Part shown: positions 1 to 12,878 of the stretch, one piece after another
Layout of the letters: the number at the start of each line of letters is the position of its first letter
How positions within the stretch are numbered: the first letter of the stretch is position 1
Position numbers and translations under genes: made by a program
Notes under the pieces: model-generated
The model's database searches: none
Seen by the model: the letters and a program-made list of their open reading frames with translations, nothing else
What the model was told of the DNA's origin: nothing
Source of the DNA: Octopus sinensis
Lineage: Eukaryota
DNA length: 64,000 nt
Reading direction: 5' to 3'
Assembly (NCBI RefSeq): GCF_006345805.1
Contig: NC_043001.1
Span: 59,520,001-59,584,000, forward strand

Positions 1-30
1 AAATGCTAAAATAATTTTATAAGAACATTT

Positions 31-68
31 CAGTACCGGGTTTCGTCATTTTGAGACCTTTTCAACTG
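31..68 (-). ncRNA. Minimal type I hammerhead-like motif with U3-A8 core (Penelope terminus)
   Basis: Reverse complement: cag TTGAAAA ggtc tcaaaat gac GAAA cccgg TA ctg. It is slightly degenerate relative to the copy at 9017-9054. Confidence 0.5.
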
Positions 69-409
69 TAACGATAAATAATTAAATTTAGAAAAATTAA
101 AGAAAAAATTTTTTAAAGGAATATTTGTATAGTGTTCATATATAAGTGGCATTCTGCCTTTCTCTGTCTCCCTTTTTTGCACTTGGGTGTTCGAGGCCGT
201 TGTGAATTCTTGGTAGGGTAGAAGAAGAAGAAGGTTGTTGAGGAGAAGGGGTGGAAAAATTGGGAGTGCCTTGATGGTCGTAATTTTGAATGGTCAGTGG
301 CGGCTAGCAGTTGCAGTTCAATTCAGGAGAATATTTCTATTGAAAGGTTTGTTTATGGAATTTGCGTAGGTGTTATACTAAAAAGCATTAGTGATAAAGT
401 TAAGAAGAG

Positions 410-535
410 GTAGAAGGGGAGAAGAAGAAGAAGAAGAAGAAGAAGGAGAAAGAAGAAGAAGAAGAAGAAGAAGAAGAAGAAGAGAAGAAGAAAGAAGAAG
501 AAGAAGAAGAAGAAGAAGAAAGAGAAGAAAGAGAA
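410..535. repeat. (GAA)n microsatellite
   Basis: Direct reading. Confidence 0.95.
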
Positions 536-680
536 GGGAGACTATGAATGGTGAAAGTAGTGAGGTGTTTTGACTTGAAGTTGGCACGTTATGGATTATA
601 GCTGTGATTGGGGCTGATTTGTAATGGATTCTTTGGAATGTAATATTTGTGTATTTCTTTTATTCTAAAGTTGAGGTATA

Positions 681-1180
681 TTAATCGTTTGTCGTAGACC
701 CGTCAAGAAGTGGCGTGTATTTTGTAATAAAGAGAGTTCCTTTACTTATTCGTTGTCTAGAGGTTGTATCGTCCCTAAATTGGTAGAGGGGGAAAATCCT
801 GAAGCCTGGTGTTTTGTTGTTGGCGCAAGTATCTATGTGTTGGCTGAAAGCTATTTTTCTGTTTTGGGGAATTTTTATCTGGGATCTGTGCATGTTTGGC
901 CTATGTACTGCTCTTGACACCCGGAGTAGGTTAGTGAGTATATTAGGTTCTCCGAAGTACATGTGAAGTTGCTGTTCACTGTAAACCGTTGTCCCTGTTT
1001 GAAGGAGAACTCTGATCCCTCAATTAGATAATCGCATATCCCGCAATTGGGTCTTCCACATTTTTTTACTGTCGGCTTCTGTGTTGAAGAGTGAATTCGG
1101 GCTTGTGTTAGGAGACTTTTCATAGATTTAGGCTGTCTCTTGCTTTTTATGATCGTGTGTGTTTGGAGGATTGTGTTCAT
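681..1180 (-). pseudogene. Frameshifted GIY-YIG endonuclease domain of the Penelope-like element
   Basis: ORF 875-1180 ends ...LIYSLTYSGCQEQYIGQT. The domain continues in ORF 681-962 (HRSQIK..FSQHIDTC..FRIFPLY..FITKYTPLL), implying a small deletion at the junction. Confidence 0.8.
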
Positions 1181-1269
1181 TCTGTGGTCTTTTTTAGGAG
1201 GGGTATGTTGTGGAGGATGGTGCCGAAGGCTTCATTATTGAGAGGGTTGTGTGTGGAGATGTATGGTAG

Positions 1270-1344
<75 letters not shown>

Positions 1345-1436
1345 ATATTATATATATATGTATATACCACATATATATATACACCTCTATATATCACTCT
1401 CTCTCTCTCATATATAATATATGCATAACAATACAC

Positions 1437-1468
<32 letters not shown>

Positions 1469-1612
1469 TATATGCATATTTCTAATATTTAGCAGATGTA
1501 ACTGACTGACCCTCACACATTGAGTAACTCTCTTACTTTTGCTAAATATTTGATAAAAATATATACTCATATTTTGAATTCTATTTTCCCTGTTTGCATC
1601 AACATAACTGTG

Positions 1613-1652
<40 letters not shown>

Positions 1653-2554
1653 CGTATGCTTTGATACACATATAAGTACATTCATATGTAAAACAGTAGG
1701 GGAAAAAAGAACTTGAACAGACATTGGCATTGATAACGAGAATATCATAGCAGTACCAATAACAAAACTCGCTTAAATTCTGTATTAGTCAGCATTTGCA
1801 GCGCTGAGCATTCGTGGTATGAATTTATTAAATGATTTGGAACAATGGATAATGCTTTTGGATTCTTTTCTCTTTTGAGCCAAGCAAGAAGTGGTTAAAC
1901 GTTCAGTCTAGGTTCCCATCCTATTTGTCTCTCTGCTCCCCTAACTGACGTGATGCCATTTTGTTTCCAAAACTGCTTCTCTGTCTGCTGTCTATCACCA
2001 CATCTTCCTTTGTCTGTCTGTCTTCTTTTCTCTCTTTTGTGTTTTTTCTTTCTCTCTTTCTTTATTTCTTTCCTTCTTTCTTTCTTTCTTTTTTCTCTTT
2101 CCTTCTTTCTTTCTTGCAATTCTTTTATATGTCCTGCCACTTTTTTTTATTGTATTCGACCGGCTGCTTTGGTTATCTGCTCTGTGTAAGTTTGTGTATG
2201 TGTTGGTACATGTGTACGTGCATGTGCGTGTTTATGTATATGTGTGTGTGTGTGTGTGTGCGTGTTGTTGGTTTAAAGTGTAACGAATAATGTACGTGCG
2301 TATGTATGTGTTTGGAGACACGAGAGGAGTGACGCTTGTCACGTGTGCACATTACCGTGCTTCAGACAAAGTTTGAGGTGACAAGGCGAAGATGGACGGG
2401 GCGGTATGAACAGTGAGCAAAAGGCATAAATCAAGGTCTTAATGATTTAGAAATGAGGCGTATTCCTTAAATCCACGTCGATATACAGCAGAGGCGCTAG
2501 AGGTGGTGGTAGTGGTGGGGTGACGGTGTTTGGGATTCTGTAGTAGTAGTTGTT

Positions 2555-2598
<44 letters not shown>

Positions 2599-3639
2599 CG
2601 TAGTAGTAGCAAGTGCTGCCGGTGCTGGCTACAATTCTGGGGGTAATGGCGGTAAAGCTTATCAGAGCAATCCTGCTTTTGTTGCTCTTTTTGTTTTTGC
2701 TCTTGTTAGTAATAGTGAGGTGGGGGTGTTTGAGGGCGTCATTGAGCGAGATAACTGAATTTCAGGGTTGTTGAAGGCGATATTGCTAGTGATTGCAACG
2801 TTACTTTTGTGTTGGTGCACAATGTTGTTGTTGCTGTTGGTAAAGGCGAAGGCGGTGATTGTCCTTTTTCTGATTAATGTATGGTGTTTATTTTTAACCC
2901 CGGACCGCCTTGATTGACGAGACTTTGATCAAGCGTGTGCCAACTAAAACTATCCCGTGTTTTCGTATATCAAGGAAATAAAACGTGGTCTAGCCGAAAC
3001 GATACCGTCTTTTGTAAATCAAGAACTACACTGTATATTCATCTTAAAAAATTATGACTGAAATCCTTCAAAAAGTTACGACTCCCCACGTTTTCTTTTT
3101 TTCTTTCTTTTTATTTTAGATAAACTGGTTCTAAAGCTACTTTGTATACAATGCAAGCTTTTTCGTAAGAGGAAAGCATATAATATGAGACAGATTTACC
3201 TTCTGTTTCTAGCAATCTGAGCGATTACTTCTAGGCACCATCTTTTGCTGGTGTGTTTGGTTAAAATTTATGTTTATTTTGTTTCTCTTTTTTTTATCTG
3301 TAACAGCACTGGTGAATAGTTATATCGACAATGATAAAACTGTTACTGGTGTTTGAATTGTTATGCATTAGTAGTAATGATTTTCTTGGTGGATTTGTTC
3401 CGATAGTGTTAGTGATAGTTGTAGTGATTGTTACTGTGCTGCTGAATATTTGTGACGTGTGTGGTGGCGCTTGCTGAATTATACTTTTTAGTAATGATGG
3501 CTTGTTGGTTTTGCTGTGTCCCCAGGTCATCCATGATCGAGCAGATATATGATTAAAATCTCATGACAATCCCGCCTCCTTTTGTTCAGCAATACTATAT
3601 ATAGAATTACGATATGCAAGATGATCGATCTTTTTATGA

Positions 3640-3860
3640 AGGTAGGCTACAATTTAAGAGTGATTAGGCTTTTATTTCAAACAAGGCAATCGTCTTCGTA
3701 CAAGGCTTCATTTTGGAATCGGAATAGCAATACTGTTTGCTAGCTTGTGTTAGTAGTTTTGGTATATTTAATGGTATATGTGTATTGGTTGTTTTGAATG
3801 TGTTGTAAATGTATGTAATGGTAGTCTTGTGTAGGTGATGTTCACTGAAATATTTAGAAC
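3640..3860 (-). mobile_element. Highly decayed Penelope-like linker fragment
   Basis: Minus translation ..IPLNIPKLLTQASKQ..KMKPCTK resembles KSLLTQA..KKCGR of the element at 1-1270. Confidence 0.4.
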
Positions 3861-4539
3861 TGCAGTCTAATGTTGAGAGCTATTGGGGAATTTTAAACCC
3901 TTAGTTAGAGGAAGAAATGGCAGAAACATACCAGTGTCTTTACGGGTCTCTGACACTACTAGGGCAATGGTAAACAATGGAGAGAATCATCCTTGGATAC
4001 AAGAAAAAGTAGATGGTATAGAACGAAAGGATCTTATCTGTTTCACTCACAGTTTTCAATTTTTTAATTTTGTTTCAATTATTTTCAATTTTGCAGTATT
4101 GATGTAGTTTTGTATGCTAATTACGGAAAAGAAATTGATTTTTGTATGAAATTGATAAATAAAAAGTTAATAGCTTTTAAATTTTGCATTTCCATAGTAA
4201 CAAACCAATATATAGTCTGCTTTAAAATCTAAGGACATATATCGTCTATTTTCTTTGACAAGTGCGTCTTTTCAAAAATGCTTGTACTTCATTTTTGTCA
4301 TTTTCACCCGTATATTTTTCTTCGGAAATAGGTATTTCCGATTGCTGTCCTGTCACTACCTCATTTCCATAATTTTAAACGGTGTATATTTTTGAGAAAC
4401 GAACAAATATTTCCGATTATTTTTTCACCGTTCTACTGTTAACTCGTATCTCTGAGTTTGTGTGGCGGAGATGGGAAAATTGTAATTTGTTTGACAAACT
4501 CCTAGAGCGTAACTCATACTTTCGTTTCTGAATGTTCGC

Positions 4540-4705
4540 AGCAAGAAGAAGAAGAAGAAAGAAGAAGAAGAAGAAGAAGAAGAAGAAGAAGAAGAAGAAG
4601 AAGAAGAAGAAGCAGAAGAAGAAGAAGAAGAAGAAGAGAAGAAGAAGAAGAAGAAGAAGAAGAAGAAGAAGAAGAAGAAGAAGAAGAAGAAGAAGAAGAA
4701 GAATT
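4540..4705. repeat. (AAG)n microsatellite
   Basis: Direct reading. Confidence 0.95.
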
Positions 4706-5544
4706 TTAAATCAGTGAGACTTATGATGATGATGATGACGACAACGTTATCACAACGATGGTGACGACTAATTCGTCAAAGTCGACAATAACAGCGGTGA
4801 CGACTGTGAAGATGACGATGACGATGATGATGGATGTGATGTTTCTGCTGCCAAAATTCATCTACTTTCAATTGGAAAGGAAGTGTTCTTTTCGGATTAC
4901 CACTCGTGTATTTTTTTTTTATTCCTTTTTGCTGTGGTTTGTTTATAAAGATTTTTCATTTCTTATATTTTTATGATTGCCTTTTCTTGAATATCTTTTT
5001 TTTTTTGCTTGTTACATCCAAAATTGTCATTATGATAATGGTAGTGATGTCTGTGAGTGGTGATCAGTCATAATATTGGAGATATGGGCTGGTAGAGTTG
5101 TCTAGTGGGAGTTATGGTGCATGGGAAGGAATGGCAACAACTGTGACACAAATTCAGTAATCGTGGCTGTCACACTGTCTCCAAGAGTACATTGATATCG
5201 TTTTATAGTCGAGGTCAGATACTGGATAACTTGTTAGACGAAATGACGTTGAAGTGACAGGTGTAGTTACAGCGGAGGGAGTGTGTATGTTCGTATGAGA
5301 ATTTTGAGGAAATAGAGAGCGTACAAAAACAGGAAAAGATGGTAATAGTATGTCTCTGAAAAAAGACAATATAAGAGAAGGTATGCTACCTCCTCTCTCC
5401 ATTCTCTCTCTCCTTCTATATATATATAATACACACACACACACACCACACACACACATATACTCACACACACACACATATATAAATATACATATATATA
5501 TATGACAGAAGAAAAAGAATAGAGATTGGGAATTTAATAATCAT

Positions 5545-5870
5545 CCTCACTTACAGCTGTTTCAATTAATACTCAGGTTATATAAATTTACATTTATATG
5601 ATCTGAGCATAATATCTTCAGAGGGAAAAATATACCCTTGGGTGCTTTATACGTGCTTATGAATTCATTATAGCAGACTGGATGATACGGTTTATGATTT
5701 GTATTGTTATATGTTAGGATAAAGGGATTACTGGTTGATTGGAGATAAGATAGAGTCGGTGAACAGGGTGAGGACAATAAATGAATATATTAAATAGAGA
5801 TGAAAAAGGAAATTTAAATATACTTAAGATTATTTTGTAATTAAACAAAGAATGGAATATTCGTTTATAA
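5545..5870 (-). mobile_element. Dispersed repeat, probably a PLE terminal region, with a degenerate hammerhead remnant; a homolog lies in the opposite orientation at ~10790-11060
   Basis: 5590-5860 aligns to the reverse complement of 10800-11060. The minus strand has GAAAC-AGCT-GTA (minimal stem III with palindromic loop) at ~5553-5565, but its CUGANGA is damaged. Confidence 0.5.
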
Positions 5871-5981
5871 GGTATAAAAAAATTATGAAAATGTGCATGT
5901 ATGCAAGTACGAAAGTATACATTTACACACACACACACACATGTATGTGTGTGTGTGCGTGTGCGCGTGTGTGTGTGTGAA

Positions 5982-6165
5982 GGCGCATGGCTCAGTGGTT
6001 AAAGCGTCGAGCTTACGATCGTGAGGTTTGAGTTCGAAACCCGGAACGGGCTGCGTGTTGTGTTCTTCAGCAAGACACTTTATTTTACGTCGCTCCAGTT
6101 CACTCCCCTGGAGAAATGAGTTTCCACATCACAGGTGCCAAGCTCTATCGGCCTTTGCCATTCCC
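5982..6165 (+). mobile_element. tRNA-derived SINE, head and central domain
   Basis: A box TGGCTCAGTGG, B box GTTCGAAAC, followed by a CORE-like GTGTTCTTCAGCAAGACACTT; inserted between (GT)n and (TA)n. Confidence 0.75.
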
Positions 6166-6193
6166 TAGCAGCAGTATATATGTATCCGTACGG

Positions 6194-6244
<51 letters not shown>

Positions 6245-6336
6245 CACACATACACACGCATATACCTATTCATATACGTACCTCAACAGGTACACATATC
6301 CGCGCATACAAGTATATATGTATATGTATATCTCTC

Positions 6337-6379
<43 letters not shown>

Positions 6380-6464
6380 AGAGTTTACGAAAAAAAAAAA
6401 GACGAAGATAGGTGAGTACAAAACAATCAGATGTATTAGTATAACGCTCAGGAATAGAAAAAGT

Positions 6465-6500
6465 CTTTTACGTTTCGAGCCTACGCTCTTGTACAGAAAA
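6465..6500 (-). ncRNA. Degenerate minimal hammerhead motif in a PLE-type terminal repeat
   Basis: Reverse complement: tttt CTGTACA a gagc gtag gctc GAAA cg TA aaag. The core is mutated. A further decayed copy is at ~57645-57680 (+). Confidence 0.4.
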
Positions 6501-7093
6501 GGACACAGAAAACAAGGAGAGAAATAATGCGCAAATACATGAATATGTATGCAAACTCACACACATATATGCGTTTACACATTCTACTCATCACGCTTGG
6601 TTAATGAACTTGTGAATTATTTTGTTTACTCTGTAGCGTTTCTAGGAAAGTACATTAGTTTTAAACGGTTTTGTAAACTTTTGGTGTCTGATTGTGCATA
6701 TGGAAGTAATTGACATTTACATACGCATGTGTACAAGCGTACGTAAATTTAATCATAGATATACATATACGCACACATAGGCCTATACATGCATAAACAC
6801 ACACAGAGGAGCACATCTACACCTGTTCAGATACACACATATGTACACATGCACTCAGACACACACACATGTACTTATATATATACTTATATATATATAT
6901 ATGCATATACATGTATATACGTATACATATAAATTTATATGCATTATATGCACATACATTCGCACACATGCATGTCCATATACATATGCACGCACATATA
7001 CGCACATTCAAACATGGCACATATATATCACAGCTAACATATATACAAATATACACGTACGTTCCCTTGTGCTCACACATCATATATACAATG

Positions 7094-7132
<39 letters not shown>

Positions 7133-7379
7133 TTTTGGAAATTCCTTCATACAGTTATAATATTTGGAGAGAAGATTTTTCGTCAAAGAGATTAGATTGA
7201 GAAAAGAAGGTAAGACCTTCTCCGGAATGCAAAAGAAGAATATTTCATAAGATTTCTCAGTCCGAAACTAAACCGGAAATAGTCAACAACAATGTATATG
7301 TAATAACATCTGCTTGAAAACGTTAAGAACCGAAAGGGCTTCCACATCTTTGAGAAAATAATCTTCTCTCCAAATAAGC

Positions 7380-7444
<65 letters not shown>

Positions 7445-7697
7445 AAGATAGTAAATTATTTTTGCTAACGAAAATTGGTAGTCCTTGTTAGGATGACGCT
7501 AGTACCTATTTTAGCCCCAGGAATTCATCCTTTCAAGCTGGTTACCGACGCACAACTGTGTCCTTATACTTCGAACAAGGGAGCTAGTATCTACTTTCAG
7601 CCTTAAACAGTATCTTGGGATTTTTCTCTGCAGTACTGTTACTACTTACTTCTTGGTTAGTGATTTAAAATTAAATGTTATATATATATATATATCT

Positions 7698-7765
<68 letters not shown>

Positions 7766-7784
7766 TATATATGTGTGTATATAT

Positions 7785-8086
7785 TTATATATAAAACTTA
7801 AGTTGTGTGTGTGAGTCTGTCTACTCCGATTTAGATTCCTAACTACTCCCACATTTTGCGGTGCAGTTTAACCAAAAGCGGGTATCTTATAGTTGTGATT
7901 CATATCAAGCCCTTCTGGGTATTAGCGCGCGTCTACGATGAGTCTACGATTAAAAAAAAATTACCATCATTTTTCGTTATTTTAATGCATTTTTTACTCG
8001 GTTTTATATAAGGGAAGTAACTCTCTAAAAATGCTTATATAGTTATTTCCCTTACAAACCCGCGCAACGCCGGGCGATACTGCTAG
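7785..8086 (+). mobile_element. Non-autonomous Helitron
   Basis: 5' TTATATATAAAA start; 3' hairpin cccg-cgcaacgc-cggg (8059-8074) followed by CTAG at 8083-8086. Confidence 0.7.
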
Positions 8087-8122
8087 TATAGAGACCTCGA
8101 TATTATTTAAAATAGAGGAATT

Positions 8123-8333
8123 TATCTGTAAATGTAATATGAGACAATTATTCGGTAGCCATGATAAAACTCCGGGTTTCGGATGCCGAGGTTGAAATCT
8201 ACGCCGCCATCTCTTCAGTTTTCTGGCCATCAGGAAAATGCTATGAAGAGATGGGGGCGTGGCTTTCCACCTCGGCATCCGAAACTCGGAGTTTTATCAT
8301 GGTTACCGAATAATTGTCCCATATTACATTTAC

Positions 8334-8338
<5 letters not shown>
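8123..8338. mobile_element. Foldback/MITE-like element, almost entirely palindromic, TA at both ends
   Basis: tatctgtaaatgtaatatg...catattacatttacagata. The arms pair over ~100 bp, which is why near-identical ORFs appear on both strands. Confidence 0.85.
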
Positions 8339-8388
<50 letters not shown>

Positions 8389-8982
8389 CGTATATATATT
8401 AAGGTCACCTCTTTTTGCGTTTAAATGTACAATAATTTTATATGGTATATATATAATATATATATGCGTTTATAGACACACATACACAAACGCATATACC
8501 TGCATATATTTATACACAGACACCTGCATAAACACACCTATATCTGCACATTCACGGGCGTGTTTTCATACACTCACATGTGTCTACATAGGTGTACATC
8601 TTCATACATACATGTTTAAAAGATGTTTCTTCGTATTCTCATAATTAATTGTGTGTATGTGTATGCATACATCTACAAAATTATAAGGAGAAGGAAAGTA
8701 TGTTATTTGATTGTAAAAGTTATTATAAGGGGCAAGGGATTTTAGGGGAAATAGATTATAATAATGTATAAGGTGAGCATATAAATAGGCACATATTAAG
8801 TTAAATTGTATATATACTGGTAGGTATACATATACACACTCATATACTTATACCCAAGTACATTCATACCCATGCCCACTCACATATATACGCATGAACA
8901 CGTATATACATATATATCTATGCATATACGTTTATATGTGTAAAGATATATATGTATATATATGAAAAAACAAGTCAAAAAT

Positions 8983-9176
8983 AGAAAATGCTAAAATAAT
9001 TTTATAGTGAACATTTCAGTACCGGTTTCGGTCATTTTGAGACCTTTTCAACTGTAACGATTAAATAATTAAATTTAGAAAAATTAGAAGAAAAGTTTTT
9101 TTAAAAGAATATTTCTATAGTAGTGTTCAGATTTAAGTGGCATTCTGCCTTTCTCTGACTCCCTTGTTTGCACTTG
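8983..9176 (-). mobile_element. Solo Penelope terminal repeat, homologous to bases 1-185
   Basis: About 90% similar by eye to the window start; ends in (TA)n. Confidence 0.8.
9017..9054 (-). ncRNA. Minimal type I hammerhead with compensatory U3-A8 core
   Basis: Reverse complement: cag TTGAAAA ggtc tcaaaat gacc GAAA ccgg TA ctg. Stem I cag/ctg, stem II ggtc/gacc, palindromic ACCGGT stem III, GUA site. Confidence 0.65.
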
Positions 9177-9773
9177 TATATATATGTATATATATATATG
9201 TATATATATATATGTATATATATATACATATATATATATATACACACATACATATGTATATTTATACACATACATACACACATACATATGCATATACATG
9301 TACACTTGTATACATTTTTCAAATACAACTAAACAAAATTGAACATGAATATTTGGGTGAGTGTACGTGTATATGCATATGTATGTGTGCGTATAATTGT
9401 ATATATGTGCATACGTATATATATATATGTGTGTGTGTTTTTTTTTTAAATATATATAAATACTTTAAAAATGGGATAAAATTTATGAAGTAGTTAGCGT
9501 TAAAAAACTCATAACGGGAAAATTATTAATTATGTCTTTTAAATATATTTATATATATTAAGGGCATTACTATACATAAATGCCTCACGCTAGGAGGGAC
9601 TCTGAAAGTCAAAACTACCATAATAAACACATTGTACCGAACACGAGGTTATGGAACTCTCGAAGCAAGCCTCTGTCTATTATGATAGTTTTGACTGGCG
9701 TGAGGCATTTATTTATAGTAATGCCCTTAATATAAATAAGATATATATATATATAATATATATATATATATAT

Positions 9774-9815
<42 letters not shown>

Positions 9816-10386
9816 AGCTTAAATATATCTGTATACACGTGTTTATGTGCGTATATGTGTGTGCATGCGTGTGAATATACATGCGTATATGTGAGTGTGT
9901 GTATGTATGTATATATATGGATATATACACATGCATATGAATATATATGTCTATGTATGTAAATATGTACACGTGTGTGAGTCTGAGTGAATGCTTATAT
10001 ACATGTGTGTCTGTGAAGTTGTAGTCATGTGCCTCTGTGTGTCTTATGCATGTATAGGTGTATGTGTGCCTATATGTATATATATATGATTAAATTTACG
10101 TACGCTTCTGTACATGCGTATATAACTGCTAATTATTTTCATATGCATATTGAGATACCAGAAGTTTACAAAAGCGTTAAAAATAAATATACTTTCCTTG
10201 AAACGCTATAGTATAAACAAAATAATTCAAAATTTCATTAACCAATCGGAATGAATTGACAAACATGGATTTATATTAACTTCTTAGGGGTGATGGGTAA
10301 AAAGAGTAAACGCATATATATATCCATATGTGTGTGTGTACATACGTATTCATGTATTTGCGCATATATATATATATATAATATAT

Positions 10387-10481
<95 letters not shown>

Positions 10482-10488
10482 ATATATA

Positions 10489-10527
<39 letters not shown>

Positions 10528-10616
10528 TAAACAGTAAAAATAATTACAGACATGGACAAGAACATGAAACACCACAGAGACGACACAAGAACCACAGGAC
10601 GGGACATTCGAAGCCC

Positions 10617-10667
10617 TCAGTCATCAGTCAAGAACCAGATCATCTTAGCAATTTCGGCTGATTAATC

Positions 10668-10671
<4 letters not shown>
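10617..10671 (-). ncRNA. Candidate rearranged hammerhead (family C), truncated at the predicted cleavage site
   Basis: Reverse complement: tcaaga ttaat cagcc GAAA ttgc taagatgatctggt tcttga CTGATGA ctga. Stem I tcaaga/tcttga is perfect; stem II is weak. Confidence 0.4.
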
Positions 10672-10743
<72 letters not shown>

Positions 10744-11380
10744 ACTTGCATATATACAAATTTTCATAACTTTATACCTTATTAACCTTATTAACTACAA
10801 TCTCACCGTATTTATATTATATTTAAATTTCCCGTATCATCTCTATTTAATTTATTCATTTATTGTCCTCACTCTATTTACCAACTCTATCTTATCTCCA
10901 ATCAACCTGTAAACCCATCGCCCGAATATATAACAATACAAATCATAAACCGATCATTCGGTCTGCTATAACAAATTCATAATCACAAATAAAACATTCA
11001 AGGGTATATTTTTTCCCCTCTGTAGACATTATGCTCGCGTATTATAAATATAAATTTTCTATTTACTTAATATTTACTGAGTATTAATTGAAATAGTTGA
11101 ACGTGAATATGATAAATTTACATTTAATAATAAACAGTTATTAACTTCCCAATCTCCATTTTACCTTTTTTTCTTCTCTATGAATAAACTATACGTTTTA
11201 ATATATATACCTATTATTTTAAGGAAATTAATTCCCCAATTATACTAGGTATTGAACCTATATTTCCTTGAATAAAATTGTTCCATCATGAGGTTAACAC
11301 AACCTCTAATCGAATTATGCACACACACACACATATATTTATATATACATACATACAAATATAAACATATAATACATATG

Positions 11381-11412
<32 letters not shown>

Positions 11413-12798
11413 AATTTTATTACCCTGTCTCTTTAAATGTAGGTTTTATGTATTTCTTATAATTTTCTATAAATTGTTTTCTTATTTTGGTATCCTTACC
11501 TATTACCCTCTTATCCCTTATTAATTGTTACGTTTCTTGTTCTTAAATAGATATTTTTCAGTTACTTAAGACTATACGAGATTTTTATACTATATCCATA
11601 TAAGTGTATAAATATTTGTGTATGTGTATATATGCATATATGCATCTAACTTTTATCCCTTATAGATTGTTATTTTTCCTGTTCTTAAATATTTTCGGTC
11701 ACTTAAGTCTATGCGAAATGTTTATACTATATCCATATAAACGTAGAAATATTTGTGTATGCGTTTGTGTTTGTATGTGCACATATATAAATGTCTTTGT
11801 ATCTGTATGCATCTGTATTTTTTCGTGATTCTTGGCTTAATAGATAGATAGCATGTTTATCTTTCTAGTTATTCTATAAGTAAATGTCCTTAGCAATCTT
11901 TATAGAAACTACCTAATAAATAATTATTTAAGCAAATGAATGAATATTAAACTGCTTCTATGTAATTTTTCCTTTTTAATGTTTATAATTGATATATACA
12001 CACATTTTACCAATTTTGGTTATGATATCATTTTTGAAAATCTTACATTTTATTTTTTATACAAATATCAATATTGTTTATAAACAATCAACTATAGTGC
12101 CCCAAAATATAATTCCCTCTGTTGTATTATCCTAGGTCTCTTAGCGTCTTGCCCCTTTAACTGGTAATTAATATCATGGTTTAAAATCTTCCCCTACCCA
12201 GCTTCTTTTTGTAGACAGTTACTTATATCCAATTGACCACTCCTAATGTCTTCTTTCCTCCCAGAAGAAAAGGGATACTTATGATAGTATGACCATACAT
12301 AGCCATGCGCTGTCAACTCACTCATGTCCTTCATTAAAAATAGACAGTCTTCTAGTCTTATATTTAGTAGTTGATAAAGAAATAAACGAATTGGAAATGA
12401 ATTACGCTCCATTACAACACTATAACCCCAATAGGCGACATGCGATTTTTGGACGTGTAGTCTTTTCTTAGCTACAATATCGACAACATGAATTTCTTCC
12501 AATTTCTTCTGTTAAAATATTTGAGAAAAATGTATTAACATAACCAGGTGGTGCTATTAAGTTAGACATGGCCTGGGCCAATAATGGCCGAAACGTATCA
12601 AAGTATCAAAGTATCAAAGTAACCTACTGGTTAAAATTTTATCTAATTATTTGTGAGCTGAAGATGGCACTGCTTTTAAATTGATGTAATGATTGCATTG
12701 TTCAATTAAATGGAGCCGCTTGAAACGACCGTACTGCATCACGACTTGATATCCTTTTAGTTATATATATATACATACATACATACATACATACATAC

Positions 12799-12832
<34 letters not shown>

Positions 12833-12878
12833 AATAGATTAATACACACAATTACACACACATACACACACACACATA

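Larger units (their letters stand above)
1..1270 (-). mobile_element. 5'-truncated Penelope-like retroelement (linker + GIY-YIG endonuclease + 3' terminal region), probably running off the window start
   Basis: Minus-strand translation gives KSKRQPKSMKSLLTQA..KKCGRPNCGICDYL..FTCTSENLIY..C..QYIGQT, typical of the PLE linker and GIY-YIG domain. The 5' end abuts (TA)n at ~1272, and bases 1-185 recur at 8983-9176. Confidence 0.85.

Noticed and set aside
5982-6055. tRNA gene
   Set aside because: A and B boxes are present, but there is no acceptor stem and it runs into a SINE body.
12194-12502. Possible transposase remnant
   Set aside because: No catalytic motif or termini could be identified.
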